Part shown: positions 42,670 through 55,559 of the stretch, in pieces
How the letters are laid out: every line of letters starts with the position of its first letter
How positions within the stretch are numbered: position 1 is the first letter of the stretch
Assembly (NCBI GenBank): GCA_963809485.1
Contig: CAWEJX010000015.1
Span: 32,001-96,000 of the forward strand
From: an uncultured Acidobacteriota bacterium
GTDB taxonomy: Bacteria; Acidobacteriota; UBA6911
DNA length: 64,000 bases
Reading direction: 5' to 3'
Notes under the pieces: model-generated
Databases searched by the model: none
What the model saw: only the letters and a program-made list of their open reading frames with translations
Told to the model about the DNA's origin: nothing
Made by a program: the position numbers and the translations under genes

Positions 42670-43632
42670 CTAGGATTTTTCGAAAAGGGAATTGACAAAG
42701 GCTTCGGGCGAAAACTCCAGGAGATCCTCCAGCGATTCCCCGATGCCGATAAAGCGCACCGGAATGCCCAGTTCCTGGCAGATGCTGAAGAGAATCCCTC
42801 CCTTTGCCGTGCCGTCCAGTTTCGTAATAATGAGTCCCGTAATCCCGGTGAACTTTTTGAACTCCTGGGCCTGGGTCAGCCCGTTCTGACCCGTGGTGGC
42901 GTCCACCACCAGCAGGACCTCATGCGGCGCGCCGGGGACCTTGCGGCCGGCCACCCGCCGCATCTTTTCCAGCTCCAGCATCAGGTTGCTTTTGGTGTGC
43001 AGCCTGCCCGCCGTGTCGACGATCACCACATCGCTGCGGCGCGCGACGGCCGCCGAGAGCGCGTCGTGCAGCACCGCGGAAGGATCCATGCCGGTCTTGC
43101 TTTTGACCAGCTCCGCGCCCGACCGCTCCACCCAGACCGTGAGTTGCTCGATGGCCGCAGGACGGAATGTATCCGCCGCGCAGACCAAAACTTTTTTATC
43201 TTCCCTGGAGAGTCTCGCGGCAAGCTTTCCGATGGTCGTGGTTTTTCCCGTCCCGTTCACGCCGACCACCATCCACACCTGCAATGCTTCTTCCGCCGTC
43301 TGCGTTTCGGAAAGGGGCCGCGCGTTCAGTATTGACAGGAGCTCTTCGCGGATTACCTTTTGGGCATCCTCAGCGGTCCTGACGGCCTGCTTCTTGCGCT
43401 GCTCGCGCACGGCAGTCATGATCCGCTCGGTGACACGCACGCCCAGATCGGCACCGAGCAGGGTGCCCTCCAGATCCTCCAGCACCGTCTCATCGATTTC
43501 CGGACGGGAAGAAAGCACGGCCTCAATCCGGCTCACCAGGTTTTCCTTGGTGGCGCCGAGGGCTTTTTTCATCCTCGCGAACAGCCCCGCCTTCTTCTCA
43601 GGAGTCTCGTTTGAGGATTTTCTGAAAAGCAT
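42670..43632 (-). CDS. ftsY: SRP receptor FtsY
   Basis: GVNGTGKTTTIGKLA, DTFRPAA, DTAGR, TKLDGTAKGG. Confidence 0.97.
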   Translation of the reverse strand: MLFRKSSNETPEKKAGLFARMKKALGATKENLVSRIEAVLSSRPEIDETVLEDLEGTLLGADLGVRVTERIMTAVREQRKKQAVRTAEDAQKVIREELLSILNARPLSETQTAEEALQVWMVVGVNGTGKTTTIGKLAARLSREDKKVLVCAADTFRPAAIEQLTVWVERSGAELVKSKTGMDPSAVLHDALSAAVARRSDVVIVDTAGRLHTKSNLMLELEKMRRVAGRKVPGAPHEVLLVVDATTGQNGLTQAQEFKKFTGITGLIITKLDGTAKGGILFSICQELGIPVRFIGIGESLEDLLEFSPEAFVNSLFEKS

Positions 43633-43674
43633 CCGTTCTCCTTTAATAATAAGCTGACCCTGGCCTCAAAAGGC

Positions 43675-43713
43675 CGCGTATGTCAGCGCCTTTGTCGGCG
43701 TCCGTCAGCGTTA
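43675..43713. repeat. Stand-alone GTCAGCG core half supplying the birA stop
   Basis: CGTATGTCAGCGCCTTTGTCGGCGTCCGTCAGCGTTA. Confidence 0.65.
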
Positions 43714-44690
43714 CGCTGTCCGGTTCAGACGCACATCGGCGGCGAGCACTGTCTCAACGGTTCCCTCCGCCGTGCGCACAAGCAATGCCCCGTTTTCGTT
43801 CAGTCCGCAGGTGACCGCCGGGCGGCGGCCCGCTTCATCGGAGATCCAGACTGCGGCTCCATTCCACATGGAGGACAGACTCTTCCATCGATCGAGCACT
43901 TCCCGGCGCTTCCCCTGCTCGAAAATTTTATACCAATTTTGAAATTTCTTCAGGAAGCCGACGAGAATCTGCCGGCGCGGGACAAAGCTGTCGGCCATTT
44001 CATCCAGGCATCGCAGCCTCGATCCTTCAAATCCGGCGGCACGCTTCCTTCGTGAACATTCAGGCCCACCCCGACAATCGCGGTCTGGCTTTCTCCCCCG
44101 CCCGGCCCGGTTTCGAGCAGGATTCCCGCACATTTCTTTGCCGAAATCAGCACATCGTTGGGCCATTTAATGTCGATTGCGAGGGAGGCCCGTTTTTGTC
44201 GGAAGAAATCTTTCAGCGCCTCCACCAGTGCAACGGAGGCAACATGCGTCAACAGAGGCCACGCCGCGACAGGCTGTCCCGGCCTCACCACCAGGCTGAA
44301 ATAAAGCCCCGACCGGGCCGGCGAAAACCAGCTGTGCCCCTTTCTTCCCCGCCCCGCTGTTTGCTCTTCTGCAACTACCAGGGTTCCTGCCGGCGCGCCC
44401 TGCTGCGCCATTTTCAGCGCCTCTTCGTTCGTGGATTCGATGCTCAAAAATCCATGGACGCGCAGCCAGTCCCAGGCGACGGCCGGCGTTTCCCTCTGGA
44501 TCCAGTAGGGCACAAGCTGCTCCTGATCGTAGATCAGGCTCACCCGCTCATCGGCGGTTTTCAGTTGAAAGCCCCATTGCCGGCACAGCTCCAGCTCCAT
44601 TTGAAACGGGGCGGAGGCGCTCAGCGGCAGCCCGTGTTGCCCCACATGACCGAGATCGGTCAGAATCGACGGATATTTGAGTGTAGGCAT
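43711..44690 (-). CDS. birA: Biotin--protein ligase with apparent indel(s) near 44010-44022
   Basis: STNEEA, QTAGRGRKG, IKWPND, KCAGIL, GVGLNV; C-terminal GALLV in another frame. Confidence 0.88.
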
Positions 44691-44691
44691 A

Positions 44692-47370
<2,679 letters not shown>

Positions 47371-47510
47371 TACCTCATTTCCGTTGGAAAACCCTGCTAG
47401 GGCAATAACAAAAGGAGAAATTCTATTCGAATCGGGAGACTTAGTCTAGCAGTTCGGCAAGCCGAAGATAAACACCATTTCACCCATTCTTAACACTAAC
47501 ACACGCAACA

Positions 47511-47574
47511 CACGCCGATTTTTATTTCGATTTTCGGCGTTCGTCGGCGTTTTCGTCAGCGTATATCAGCGTTA
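47511..47574. repeat. Stand-alone GTCAGCG core repeat
   Basis: CACGCCGATTTTTATTT...TCGGCGTTCGTCGGCGTTTTCGTCAGCGTATATCAGCGTTA. Confidence 0.65.
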
Positions 47575-47594
47575 TGGATTCGTGGCGTTTTGGA

Positions 47595-48377
47595 TTAGGG
47601 TTTGTTGCGTTCTTCGATGATCCGCCGGATGATGGATTCGGAAAGCTCCGGGACGACTTCCCAGGCCACCTCGCGCACGACATCGGCCGATATCCGCTTC
47701 ACGACTCTTTCCACGATGGCGTCCAGGACTTCCTCCGACATCGGAATTCCGGAAACGGATGAAGACCGCGCAGCCACGACGGCCGGAGGCTCGAATTGTT
47801 TTGTGCCTGCAGCCGCCAGCGCATCCGAATCGAATAGATCCAGGATGCGATCGGAGCCCACAAAGGAATTCCAGATCCGAGCATTCACCATGCTCTTCAT
47901 TTTCATGCCTCCAGCCTTCCCGTTATACACGATCCCGGGAGGTTCCTCACGATTCGCGCCGGCGCTGTATTCGGCGAGGGTATCGCTGATTTCGGGATGC
48001 GCCCCGGCGCCCGTCAGCCTGTGAACGGTCTCGATAAGCTCTTCGGTGTCGAAAGGCTTCGTCAGGCGGCCGTCGCTCCTCACCCGCGACGCCTCCGATT
48101 CGTCAAAAGGCTCAAAAGCGCCCACCAGCAGCAGAACCGGCGTCTGAGACAGCGCAGGATCCTCCTTGATGCGGGCACAGACCTCGTAGCCGCTGCACCC
48201 GGGCATTAAAACATCGGCAAGAACGATGTCAGGTTTGAAATCTCTTATGGCATCCAGGGCGGAATCGCCGTCGGATGCCGATTCGACTACGGCATCCTCG
48301 CCGCTGAAGGCAAGCGATACAATTTTCTGAATCGTGACGCTGTCGTCCGCTACGAATATTTTCAGAGTCATCCCCAA
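47595..48377 (-). CDS. Response regulator (receiver domain, linker, short conserved C-terminal helix)
   Basis: VADDS, LADVLMP, KPF; REVAWEVVPELSE tail. Confidence 0.9.
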   Translation of the reverse strand: MGMTLKIFVADDSVTIQKIVSLAFSGEDAVVESASDGDSALDAIRDFKPDIVLADVLMPGCSGYEVCARIKEDPALSQTPVLLLVGAFEPFDESEASRVRSDGRLTKPFDTEELIETVHRLTGAGAHPEISDTLAEYSAGANREEPPGIVYNGKAGGMKMKSMVNARIWNSFVGSDRILDLFDSDALAAAGTKQFEPPAVVAARSSSVSGIPMSEEVLDAIVERVVKRISADVVREVAWEVVPELSESIIRRIIEERNKP

Positions 48378-48392
48378 CTCAATTCATAAAGG

Positions 48393-49550
48393 TTATTTTC
48401 CGGTCTTTCTTTTCCGCTTGGCGGGCTCCTTCTTCTTCTCCTCGCTGCCCGTCGCGGCGCTGCCCGCCCCGGATCCCAATACCGTCGTGTCCTGCACTTC
48501 CCCCGTGGAGCTCTTTCTCAGGACGGTTTCAATCTGGATGCCATCCGTCGTCGTCTGCCCGCCGGCGCCCTGTTTGGCCAGTTGGGTGTCGCCGGTTTGA
48601 GGCTTTTCCGTTTCGATGGTTTTCTTGGCCTCCTCATACCGGTCGGGAGTTCCCACAAATCCCAGCGCCTTGCCGAAATCTATAAAAGGCTTCAGGGGAG
48701 AAAAGCCTTCGTCGGGCTTCAAACGCGCCTGGTTCTCGGCCGCAAGTTTCGTATCGACAATAGGCAGCGGCTTGCCCAGCAAATTCATGCGGGCTTTTGC
48801 CTCCTCGGCACGCTGGCTGAACGGATACCCTGAAATGACTTTCCCGTAATAAATGGCCGCCTCGTCGGGATTATTGCTTTTCTCCAGCGTGTCGCCCAAT
48901 CGGAAGTAAATGTCGTCCATGCGGGTAAAATTCGGATAGTGGTCGATGACTTCCTGGAAACGCCCGCGCGCTCCGGCATAGTTGCCGCGTTCCAGGTAGA
49001 ACTGCCCCACACCGAAATCCCCCAACGCGAGATTTTCCTGGACCTCGACCAGAAATCGCTTTGCGATCGGAATGTAATCGCTGTCAGGAAACTGCTCCAT
49101 CATTTTTCTTATGGCCGCTTCCGCCTTATAGGAATACTGCTGATCCCTGTCGGGAGTACGCATCATTTTCATGTTTGCCGAAATGATCTTCATCTGCGCA
49201 TCCGGAGCTTTGGGGTGCGCCGGGAAAAACACGATGAAATTGGTGTACTGGTCCTCCGACTGGATCCAGTTTTCGGTACCGCCTTCTTCATAAAACGAAT
49301 CGCCGATAGCCAGGTAGGATTCCGCGGCCATTTCACTGTCGGGGTAGGTATTGATCAGGGTCTGGAACGCGAGGCGCGCTTTGATGTACTGACTCTTTTC
49401 GAGATATTGCGATCCCGTCTCGAAAAGGGTCTTGTCGGGCGGCACGACGCTTTTCTGAAGCTTTGCGCCTTTCTGACCGCACCCCCAGGCGCAAAACAAA
49501 AGAATGCCCGGAAGCACACAGCGTAATATGGATTTCATCGCCGATTTCAT
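48393..49550 (-). CDS. bamD: Outer membrane assembly lipoprotein BamD
   Basis: Lipobox AWGC; FQTLINTYPDS, DRDQ, TPR-like repeats. Confidence 0.88.
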   Translation of the reverse strand: MKSAMKSILRCVLPGILLFCAWGCGQKGAKLQKSVVPPDKTLFETGSQYLEKSQYIKARLAFQTLINTYPDSEMAAESYLAIGDSFYEEGGTENWIQSEDQYTNFIVFFPAHPKAPDAQMKIISANMKMMRTPDRDQQYSYKAEAAIRKMMEQFPDSDYIPIAKRFLVEVQENLALGDFGVGQFYLERGNYAGARGRFQEVIDHYPNFTRMDDIYFRLGDTLEKSNNPDEAAIYYGKVISGYPFSQRAEEAKARMNLLGKPLPIVDTKLAAENQARLKPDEGFSPLKPFIDFGKALGFVGTPDRYEEAKKTIETEKPQTGDTQLAKQGAGGQTTTDGIQIETVLRKSSTGEVQDTTVLGSGAGSAATGSEEKKKEPAKRKRKTGK

Positions 49551-49608
49551 CGCCTAACCGCCTCCTCATTCATCCAAAGGGGACGAAGCGTGGATACGAG
49601 GATTGGCG

Positions 49609-50292
49609 CTAGCCCGCATTTCTCATATACCGCTCGGCAATCCCCTTCATTTCCCGAAACGCTTCGGAAGCGTTTGCATGATTAAAAACAGCGGATCCGG
49701 CCACAATGATCTCAGCGCCCGCCGCGAGGACCTCGTGAAGATTATCCGGACCGATTCCGCCGTCGACTTCAATTCTGCACTCATACCCGTTGGACGCGAT
49801 CATTTCCTTGAGCCTGCGGATTTTCTTCAGGGTCGAAGGAATGAATTTCTGCCCGCCGAAGCCGGGGTTCACGGTCATGATAAGGACGTGGTCCGCCAAG
49901 TGCAGGACTTCATCCAGCAAGCTCAAAGAAGTGCCCGGGTTCATGGCGATCCCAGCCCGCACCCGGCTCTCCTTCAGGTAGCGCAGCGTGCGTTCCAGGT
50001 GCACATCCGCTTCCACATGCACCGAAATCCAGTCGGCGCCCGCCCGGATAAAGTCGTCCAGATACCGGTCCGGCTTTCGGATCATCAGGTGAGTATCCAG
50101 TTGCAGCTTCGTGATTTTCCGAACCGAAGCAACTACCGGCGGGCCGATGGTTATGTTGGGGACAAAATGCCCGTCCATTACATCCAGATGGACGAGTGAT
50201 GCCCCGGCGCTCTCCACTTTACCGATTTCGCAAGCCAGGTTGGAAAAATCCGCGGCTAAGATCGAGGGCGCTATCTCTATCGCCTGTCCCAA
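49609..50292 (-). CDS. rpe: Ribulose-phosphate 3-epimerase
   Basis: IAPSILAADF, HLDVMDGHFVPN, MTVNPGFGGQ, VDGGI. Confidence 0.97.
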   Translation of the reverse strand: MGQAIEIAPSILAADFSNLACEIGKVESAGASLVHLDVMDGHFVPNITIGPPVVASVRKITKLQLDTHLMIRKPDRYLDDFIRAGADWISVHVEADVHLERTLRYLKESRVRAGIAMNPGTSLSLLDEVLHLADHVLIMTVNPGFGGQKFIPSTLKKIRRLKEMIASNGYECRIEVDGGIGPDNLHEVLAAGAEIIVAGSAVFNHANASEAFREMKGIAERYMRNAG

Positions 50293-50427
50293 TTTCCTGT
50301 ACCACCTCAGAAGTCGTAATCCATTACGCCGTGAAGGGTATCACAGCATACCGGTCGATTTCAAGGCGCTACCCGTCTAAGGGCTTGCGCGAAAATAACT
50401 TGGACTTTCAAGGCACAACGCCTTGCG

Positions 50428-51723
50428 CTACGGCCGCCGCACCATCAGGGCGGCAAAAAAACCATCCCAAAGCCGTGTGGATGGAAAGGTGCGCACCATT
50501 ATGTCCTGCCCCGTCCAGGCCTCTATGCCCGGCGGATGGAGCGGCCGCGCCAAACCGAAATCCTTGTTTCCGGCAAGAAAGGATTCCACCACCCGTTCAT
50601 TCTCCTCAGGTTCCGTGGAGCAAGTCGAGTAAAGCAGCCGGCCGCCTGCCCGGACAGCCTTGGACACGGAGTCGAGCATGCGCTCCTGGGTCTGCTGCAG
50701 GGACGCCAGCCGCTCCGGCTGGAAATGCCACTTGATTTCCGGATTCCTGCGCAAAGTCCCCAGCCCGGAACAAGGGACATCCGCAACAACGGCATCGAAA
50801 CAATCCCGGAAAGGCGCCGGAGCACAGGCATCCGCAACCAGCACATCCGCCCGAGGGCCCTGAGCTTGTTTCAGGAGCCTCACCAGACGCGTAATCCGTT
50901 CGCCGCGCAAATCGCTTGCGACCGCCAATCCCCCGGTCCCGCATTGGCGGCGCAATATGTCGTATTTGCCTCCGGGAGCCGCACAAGCATCCCAGATCTT
51001 CCACCCCCGGATCGGTCCCAGCAAATGAGCAACAAGCTGGGAGGCCTCATCCTGGTAATGAATCCAAGACGGTTCACTTTGTTTACGACCGGAACCGGAA
51101 GACGTTTCAAAATATGCGTCCGGGACGATGTCCGACGGCTCCATCTCCGAATCCGGCCGCTCATCGGGATTCTCATTGATGCGCACGGTTGCACGCGGCG
51201 GAACATTGAGCGACAGGGCGAAGTCGCGAGCCTGCCCTTCCCCGTACCGTGCGGCCCAGCGGTCCCAAAGCCAGCGAGGCAGCGAAACACGCGCCCAGGG
51301 AGGCGCCTTGCGCAGGAAAGCCTCCTCCTGCCACGGACGGGCGCGCGCCAGGCGCCGCAACACTGCGTTCACAAAGCGGTCGATGCCGTCGCCCAACTCA
51401 ATCTTGGCCAGCTCGACCGCGTCGTTCACCAGCGCGTGGTCCGGCACGCGATCCATCCGCCACATCTGATAGAGGCTCATGCGCAGTAGAATCCTGGCGC
51501 CGGGCGTTACCTCCTGCCAGGGCCGGGAACTGGCGGCGGTAAGCACATAATCGAGCGTTCCCTGCCAACGCAGGGAACCGTATACGATTTCCGTCGTGAA
51601 ATGCCGGTCCCGGAGATCGAGCCGCTCCACGGCCGGCGAATTCAGCGCATCGTCGCTGAAAACCGTCCCGGCGTCGATGCGCCGCAGAAGGTCGTAGCAG
51701 GTCTTACGGGCAGGAGAAATCAT
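50428..51723 (-). CDS. rsmB: 16S rRNA m5C967 methyltransferase
   Basis: NusB-like N-terminus, QDEASQ, DACAAPGGK, DVPCSGLG, YSTCS. Confidence 0.93.
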   Translation of the reverse strand: MISPARKTCYDLLRRIDAGTVFSDDALNSPAVERLDLRDRHFTTEIVYGSLRWQGTLDYVLTAASSRPWQEVTPGARILLRMSLYQMWRMDRVPDHALVNDAVELAKIELGDGIDRFVNAVLRRLARARPWQEEAFLRKAPPWARVSLPRWLWDRWAARYGEGQARDFALSLNVPPRATVRINENPDERPDSEMEPSDIVPDAYFETSSGSGRKQSEPSWIHYQDEASQLVAHLLGPIRGWKIWDACAAPGGKYDILRRQCGTGGLAVASDLRGERITRLVRLLKQAQGPRADVLVADACAPAPFRDCFDAVVADVPCSGLGTLRRNPEIKWHFQPERLASLQQTQERMLDSVSKAVRAGGRLLYSTCSTEPEENERVVESFLAGNKDFGLARPLHPPGIEAWTGQDIMVRTFPSTRLWDGFFAALMVRRP

Positions 51724-51725
51724 CT

Positions 51726-51900
51726 GTTGAACGTTGAACGTTTGTACGTTTGCACGTTTGAACGTGAAACGTGGAAGGTGGAAACAGAATGGCCGGTATG
51801 AGCTAATCTTTCACTTTCCACGTTTCACTTTTCACGTTCCATTTTCCACGTCGAGGTTGAACGTTTAAACGTTCCAACGTGCAAACGTTCAACGTTCAAC
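51726..51900. repeat. AACGTTG heptamer inverted-repeat hairpin filling the fmt-rsmB gap
   Basis: GTTGAACGTTGAACGTTTG / CAAACGTTCAACGTTCAAC perfect 19-bp arms; inner GTGAAACGTGGAAGGTG / CACTTTCCACGTTTCAC. Confidence 0.9.
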
Positions 51901-51901
51901 G

Positions 51902-52840
51902 TTAAGTTATTGGGTCGCCGGGGCGGAGACGCGCGCCGCTGGCGAATGCACGGCCGCTCACGCGGCTTTTTCCCGGCATCTGCACTTCCAGAACATCCAG
52001 AACGGTCCCTTCGCCGCACTGCACACGAATGCCGTCCCGGGATAATCCCAACACTGTGCCTGCAGCCTTTGTTCCGGCCGTGCCTTCCTCTTCCGGCAGG
52101 CTGCGCCAGACCTGCAGGCGTTCGCTTCGGAAAAAGACGTACGCCCCCGGCCACGGATTCATTGCGCGGATACGGTTGTGAATGGAGCGGGCCGCGCTGC
52201 TAAAGGAAATTTGCGCCATCTCCTTGGTTATGCGCGGCGCCCAGGAAACCAGCTTTTCATCCTGGACGACGGGATGCACCGACTCCCGCTCCAGTTCTTT
52301 GAGTGTCTGGATCAGCAGGTCGGCGCCCATGACCGAAAGCCTTGCGGTAAGCTCGCCGGCTGTCATTTCGCGCGATATGGGGATTTCCCGCTGCAGCAGG
52401 ATCGGGCCGGAATCCAGCCCTTCCTCCATGAGCATGGTCGTGACGCCCGTAACGGCATCGCCATTGAGGATGGCCCAGGCGATCGGGGCCGCTCCCCGAT
52501 AGCGCGGAAGCAGCGAAGCATGGACGTTCACCGGCACAAGGCGCGCCGACCTCAGAACCCATCCGGGGAGAATCTGGCCGTAAGCTGCGGCAACGATAAA
52601 GTCCGCCTCGATGCCTCCAAATATTGCACGGTTTTCTTCACTGCGGATTCTTTCGGGTTGATAAACAGGAATCCCTCTCTGCAGGGCAGCCGCTTTGACC
52701 GGGCTTGCCTGCAGCTTGTGCCCGCGGCCCGCAGGACGGTCGGGCTGGGTGAATACGGCGGCAACTTCGTAGGAATGGTCGAGCAGCGCCTGCAGCGCCG
52801 GAACAGCAAATTCCGGGGTGCCCAGGAAAGCGACGCGCAT
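51902..52840 (-). CDS. fmt: Methionyl-tRNA formyltransferase
   Basis: FLGTPEFA, TQPDRPAGRG, NVHASLLPRYRGAAPI. Confidence 0.97.
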   Translation of the reverse strand: MRVAFLGTPEFAVPALQALLDHSYEVAAVFTQPDRPAGRGHKLQASPVKAAALQRGIPVYQPERIRSEENRAIFGGIEADFIVAAAYGQILPGWVLRSARLVPVNVHASLLPRYRGAAPIAWAILNGDAVTGVTTMLMEEGLDSGPILLQREIPISREMTAGELTARLSVMGADLLIQTLKELERESVHPVVQDEKLVSWAPRITKEMAQISFSSAARSIHNRIRAMNPWPGAYVFFRSERLQVWRSLPEEEGTAGTKAAGTVLGLSRDGIRVQCGEGTVLDVLEVQMPGKSRVSGRAFASGARLRPGDPIT

Positions 52841-52843
52841 GGA

Positions 52844-53353
52844 TCACCAGTCCCCGGCCTTTGCCAGTTTCTTGATCTTGTTTCGTATGAGGGACCGCTT
52901 CAGGGGGCTGAGGTGGTCGATGAAAAGCACCCCGTTGAGGTGATCGATTTCGTGGCTGAAACAGCGGGCCAGCAATCCATCGCCTTCAAATTCAACTTCC
53001 TCTCCCTCGGCGTTCCGGCCGCGGACTTTTATTCTCAAGGGGCGCGATATGGTCTCGCTGAATTCGGGCAGGCTCAGGCACCCTTCGTCGCACTTCTGCT
53101 CTCCTTCCTGATAAATGATCTCAGGGTTGCATAGCACGATCAGCTGGCCGGGATCTTCGCCGACAGACAGGTCGATGGTTGTCAGCTGGATCCCAAGGCC
53201 TACCTGAGGGGCCGCAAGGCCGATGCCCGGCGAACTGTACATAGTATCGATCATATTTTTGATGATTTTGCGTAATTCATCATCAAAAGTCTCAACCGGC
53301 TTGTTGACGGCCCTCAGCTCGGGCGCCCCATATCTCAGAATAGGCAGTATCAT
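52844..53353 (-). CDS. def: Peptide deformylase
   Basis: GIGLAAPQ, EGCLS, HEIDHLNG. Confidence 0.97.
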   Translation of the reverse strand: MILPILRYGAPELRAVNKPVETFDDELRKIIKNMIDTMYSSPGIGLAAPQVGLGIQLTTIDLSVGEDPGQLIVLCNPEIIYQEGEQKCDEGCLSLPEFSETISRPLRIKVRGRNAEGEEVEFEGDGLLARCFSHEIDHLNGVLFIDHLSPLKRSLIRNKIKKLAKAGDW

Positions 53354-53401
53354 AAACACTAAATTTTAATAGAGATAACGCCATGTGTAAAGTGACAATC
53401 A

Positions 53402-53917
53402 AGTTGAAACGTGGAAACGTTGGAACGTTTGCACGTTGGAATGTTGAAAGGCCGGCAGTAGCCCCTAATTCTATTGGTAAACCCACGGCTCTGCCGGTGG
53501 ACTCATAGAGTTTGACAGCTCCGTATTTTGGAACGCTGAGATACGCTGACAAAAGCGCTGACAAACGCCGATCTGTTCGGCGAGGGTCGGCGAGCAAAAG
53601 CCGATGAGGCGCTTCCGATGGAGATTTCTGCGGCGGCACTGTGGCAAGCGCCGTGCGGCAAGGAGATTGAGGTTATGTGAAACAGGGCGTTTGCCACAGT
53701 GCCGCCGCAGAAATCTGTCCAGCGCGGAGCGCTGGCCCCTGCGGGGATCGGAAGCGCCTCATCGGCTTTTGCCCGCGTAAGTCAGCGTTCAAGACCAGCG
53801 TAACTCCTCCAACCGCTTTGAGCGGTTCCAATCTTTCAAGCCTCCGGCTTTGCCGGAGGTGCCTGACAGTCATTATTTTTCAACGTGCAAACGTTCCAAC
53901 GTTTAAACGTTCAACGT
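53402..53917. repeat. AACGTTG-family inverted arms enclosing element copy 9
   Basis: AAACGTTGGAACGTTTGCACGTTG (53415-53438) is the exact reverse complement of 53881-53904. Confidence 0.85.
53466..53867 (+). mobile_element. IS200-like element, expanded complete copy 9 (402 bp) with nested hairpins
   Basis: Both ends intact; 26-bp IR 53594-53619/53747-53772 encloses 31-bp IR 53622-53652/53686-53716. Confidence 0.82.
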
Positions 53918-53968
53918 CCCAACCGGCGGTCCGGAAAGCAGCCTGAGCGCCACAGCAGGTTGCGGGCC

Positions 53969-55138
53969 TCAGTATTCATCAAGCAGCTGCAGGTAGTTGT
54001 GGTAGTTTGCCTCGATTTCGCCGACGGAATCGCCGCCGAATTTTTCCCGGAAGGCGCCCGCAAGTACCATGGCGAGCATGGCTTCCGCAACAGTGCCTGC
54101 GGCCGGGACCACGCAGGTGTCTCCCCGCTCAACTGCGGCATCGAAAGCTTTCTTGGATCCCACATCGGAAGACATTAGCGGCCGCCGCAGCGTCGGGATC
54201 GGCTTCAGGAAGACGCGCACGCGGATATCCGCGCCGTTGCTGATGCCGCCCTCGATGCCGCCCGCCCGGTTCGTCCGTCGAAGGAATCGCCGGGTCCCGG
54301 CATCATAATAAATTTCGTCGTGAAAGCCCGAGCCCGGCAACCGCGCTCCCTCGATCCCGCTTCCGATTTCAACCGCTTTGGCCGAAGGGATGCTCATCAT
54401 GGCCTGTGCAATCTGACCGTCCAGCCTCCGGTCCCACTGGATGTACGAACCGAGGCCGGGCGGGACGGGCCCTGCCGCCACCTCGATGACCCCGCCGAGA
54501 GTATCCCCTGCCTTTTCCGCTTCCTCGATGCGCGCCATCATGCGTTTTTCGGCCTCGGGATCGGCGCAGCGCAGGGGAGATGCCGCCAGTACCAGGATTT
54601 TTTCAATAGCCGGCTCCTCGAATCCGGCCGCAATGCGCTCGGAGCCGACTGCCACGCAGTGGCTCCCGATGCGTATGCCGAAACGATCGAGGAAGAGCCG
54701 GCAGAACGCCCCTCCGGCGACCCGCACCGCGGTCTCGCGCGCGCTGGCGCGTTCCAGCACGTCGCGTATATCGTGGGTCTGGTATTTGAGCGCGCCCGCA
54801 AGATCCGCGTGGCCCGGCCTGGGCCGGGTAACGGACCGCAGGTCCGACCCTTCCGGCGCCTCTTCCACCGACATCGGGATCTTCCAGTTTTCATAGTCCC
54901 TGTTGCGGATGCAAAAGGATATCGGGCTGCCCAACGTCTTTCCCTGGCGCACTCCCGACAGGATCTCGATATGATCCTGTTCTATCTGCATGCGGCCCCC
55001 GCGCCCTGGCCCGGCCTGGCGCCGGCGCAGTTCAAGGTCGATGAAACCGGTGTCAATCGCGATCCCGCGGGGCAATCCCTCCAGCACGCCAATCAGGCAT
55101 TTCCCGTGCGATTCCCCTGCCGTCACAAACCGGATCAT
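53969..55138 (-). CDS. aroC: Chorismate synthase
   Basis: TAGESHG, RPGHAD, RASARETA, GGIEGGISNG, KPIPT. Confidence 0.97.
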   Translation of the reverse strand: MIRFVTAGESHGKCLIGVLEGLPRGIAIDTGFIDLELRRRQAGPGRGGRMQIEQDHIEILSGVRQGKTLGSPISFCIRNRDYENWKIPMSVEEAPEGSDLRSVTRPRPGHADLAGALKYQTHDIRDVLERASARETAVRVAGGAFCRLFLDRFGIRIGSHCVAVGSERIAAGFEEPAIEKILVLAASPLRCADPEAEKRMMARIEEAEKAGDTLGGVIEVAAGPVPPGLGSYIQWDRRLDGQIAQAMMSIPSAKAVEIGSGIEGARLPGSGFHDEIYYDAGTRRFLRRTNRAGGIEGGISNGADIRVRVFLKPIPTLRRPLMSSDVGSKKAFDAAVERGDTCVVPAAGTVAEAMLAMVLAGAFREKFGGDSVGEIEANYHNYLQLLDEY

Positions 55139-55158
55139 ATCCCCTCGCTTCCCAATAT

Positions 55159-55419
55159 TAATTACATTGGTAAATCCCCGGCTCTGCCGGGGGACTCAAA
55201 GAGTTTGACAGCTCCGTATTTTGAAACGCTGACATACGCTGACATACGCTGACATACGCTGACATGACGCTGACGTACGCTGAAAAAATATATAAATTTT
55301 TGTCGGCGTGGGTCGGCGTCCGTTCAGCGTAAGTCAGCGTTCAAGACCGGCGGAACTCCTCCAACCGCTTTGAGCGGTTCAAATCTTTCAGGCCTCCGGA
55401 TTTGCCAGAGGCACCTGAC
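55159..55419 (+). mobile_element. IS200-like element, complete copy 10
   Basis: TAATTACATTGGTAAATCCCCGGCTCTGCCGGGGGACTC ... GCACCTGAC; internal ACGCTGACAT tandem expansion. Confidence 0.8.
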
Positions 55420-55559
55420 TTCTATTTTCGTGCGAACGGCTCTCCGGAGATCGTCCGGTAAGGCGAAGGCCCGATATTCGCCTTTCGGCCACACATGCCT
55501 TTGCCCTTGACTTAATAAAGCGCCGCCCCATAAACTTTCGCGAGGCTCATTAGAAAGCT

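Noticed and set aside
47371-47510. T-box or other leader upstream of valS
   Set aside because: No T-box consensus (AGGGTGGNACCGCG) or terminator/antiterminator visible
55222-55285. ACGCTGACAT tandem units as a CRISPR array
   Set aside because: 10-nt units with no unique spacers and no cas genes; slippage inside the element
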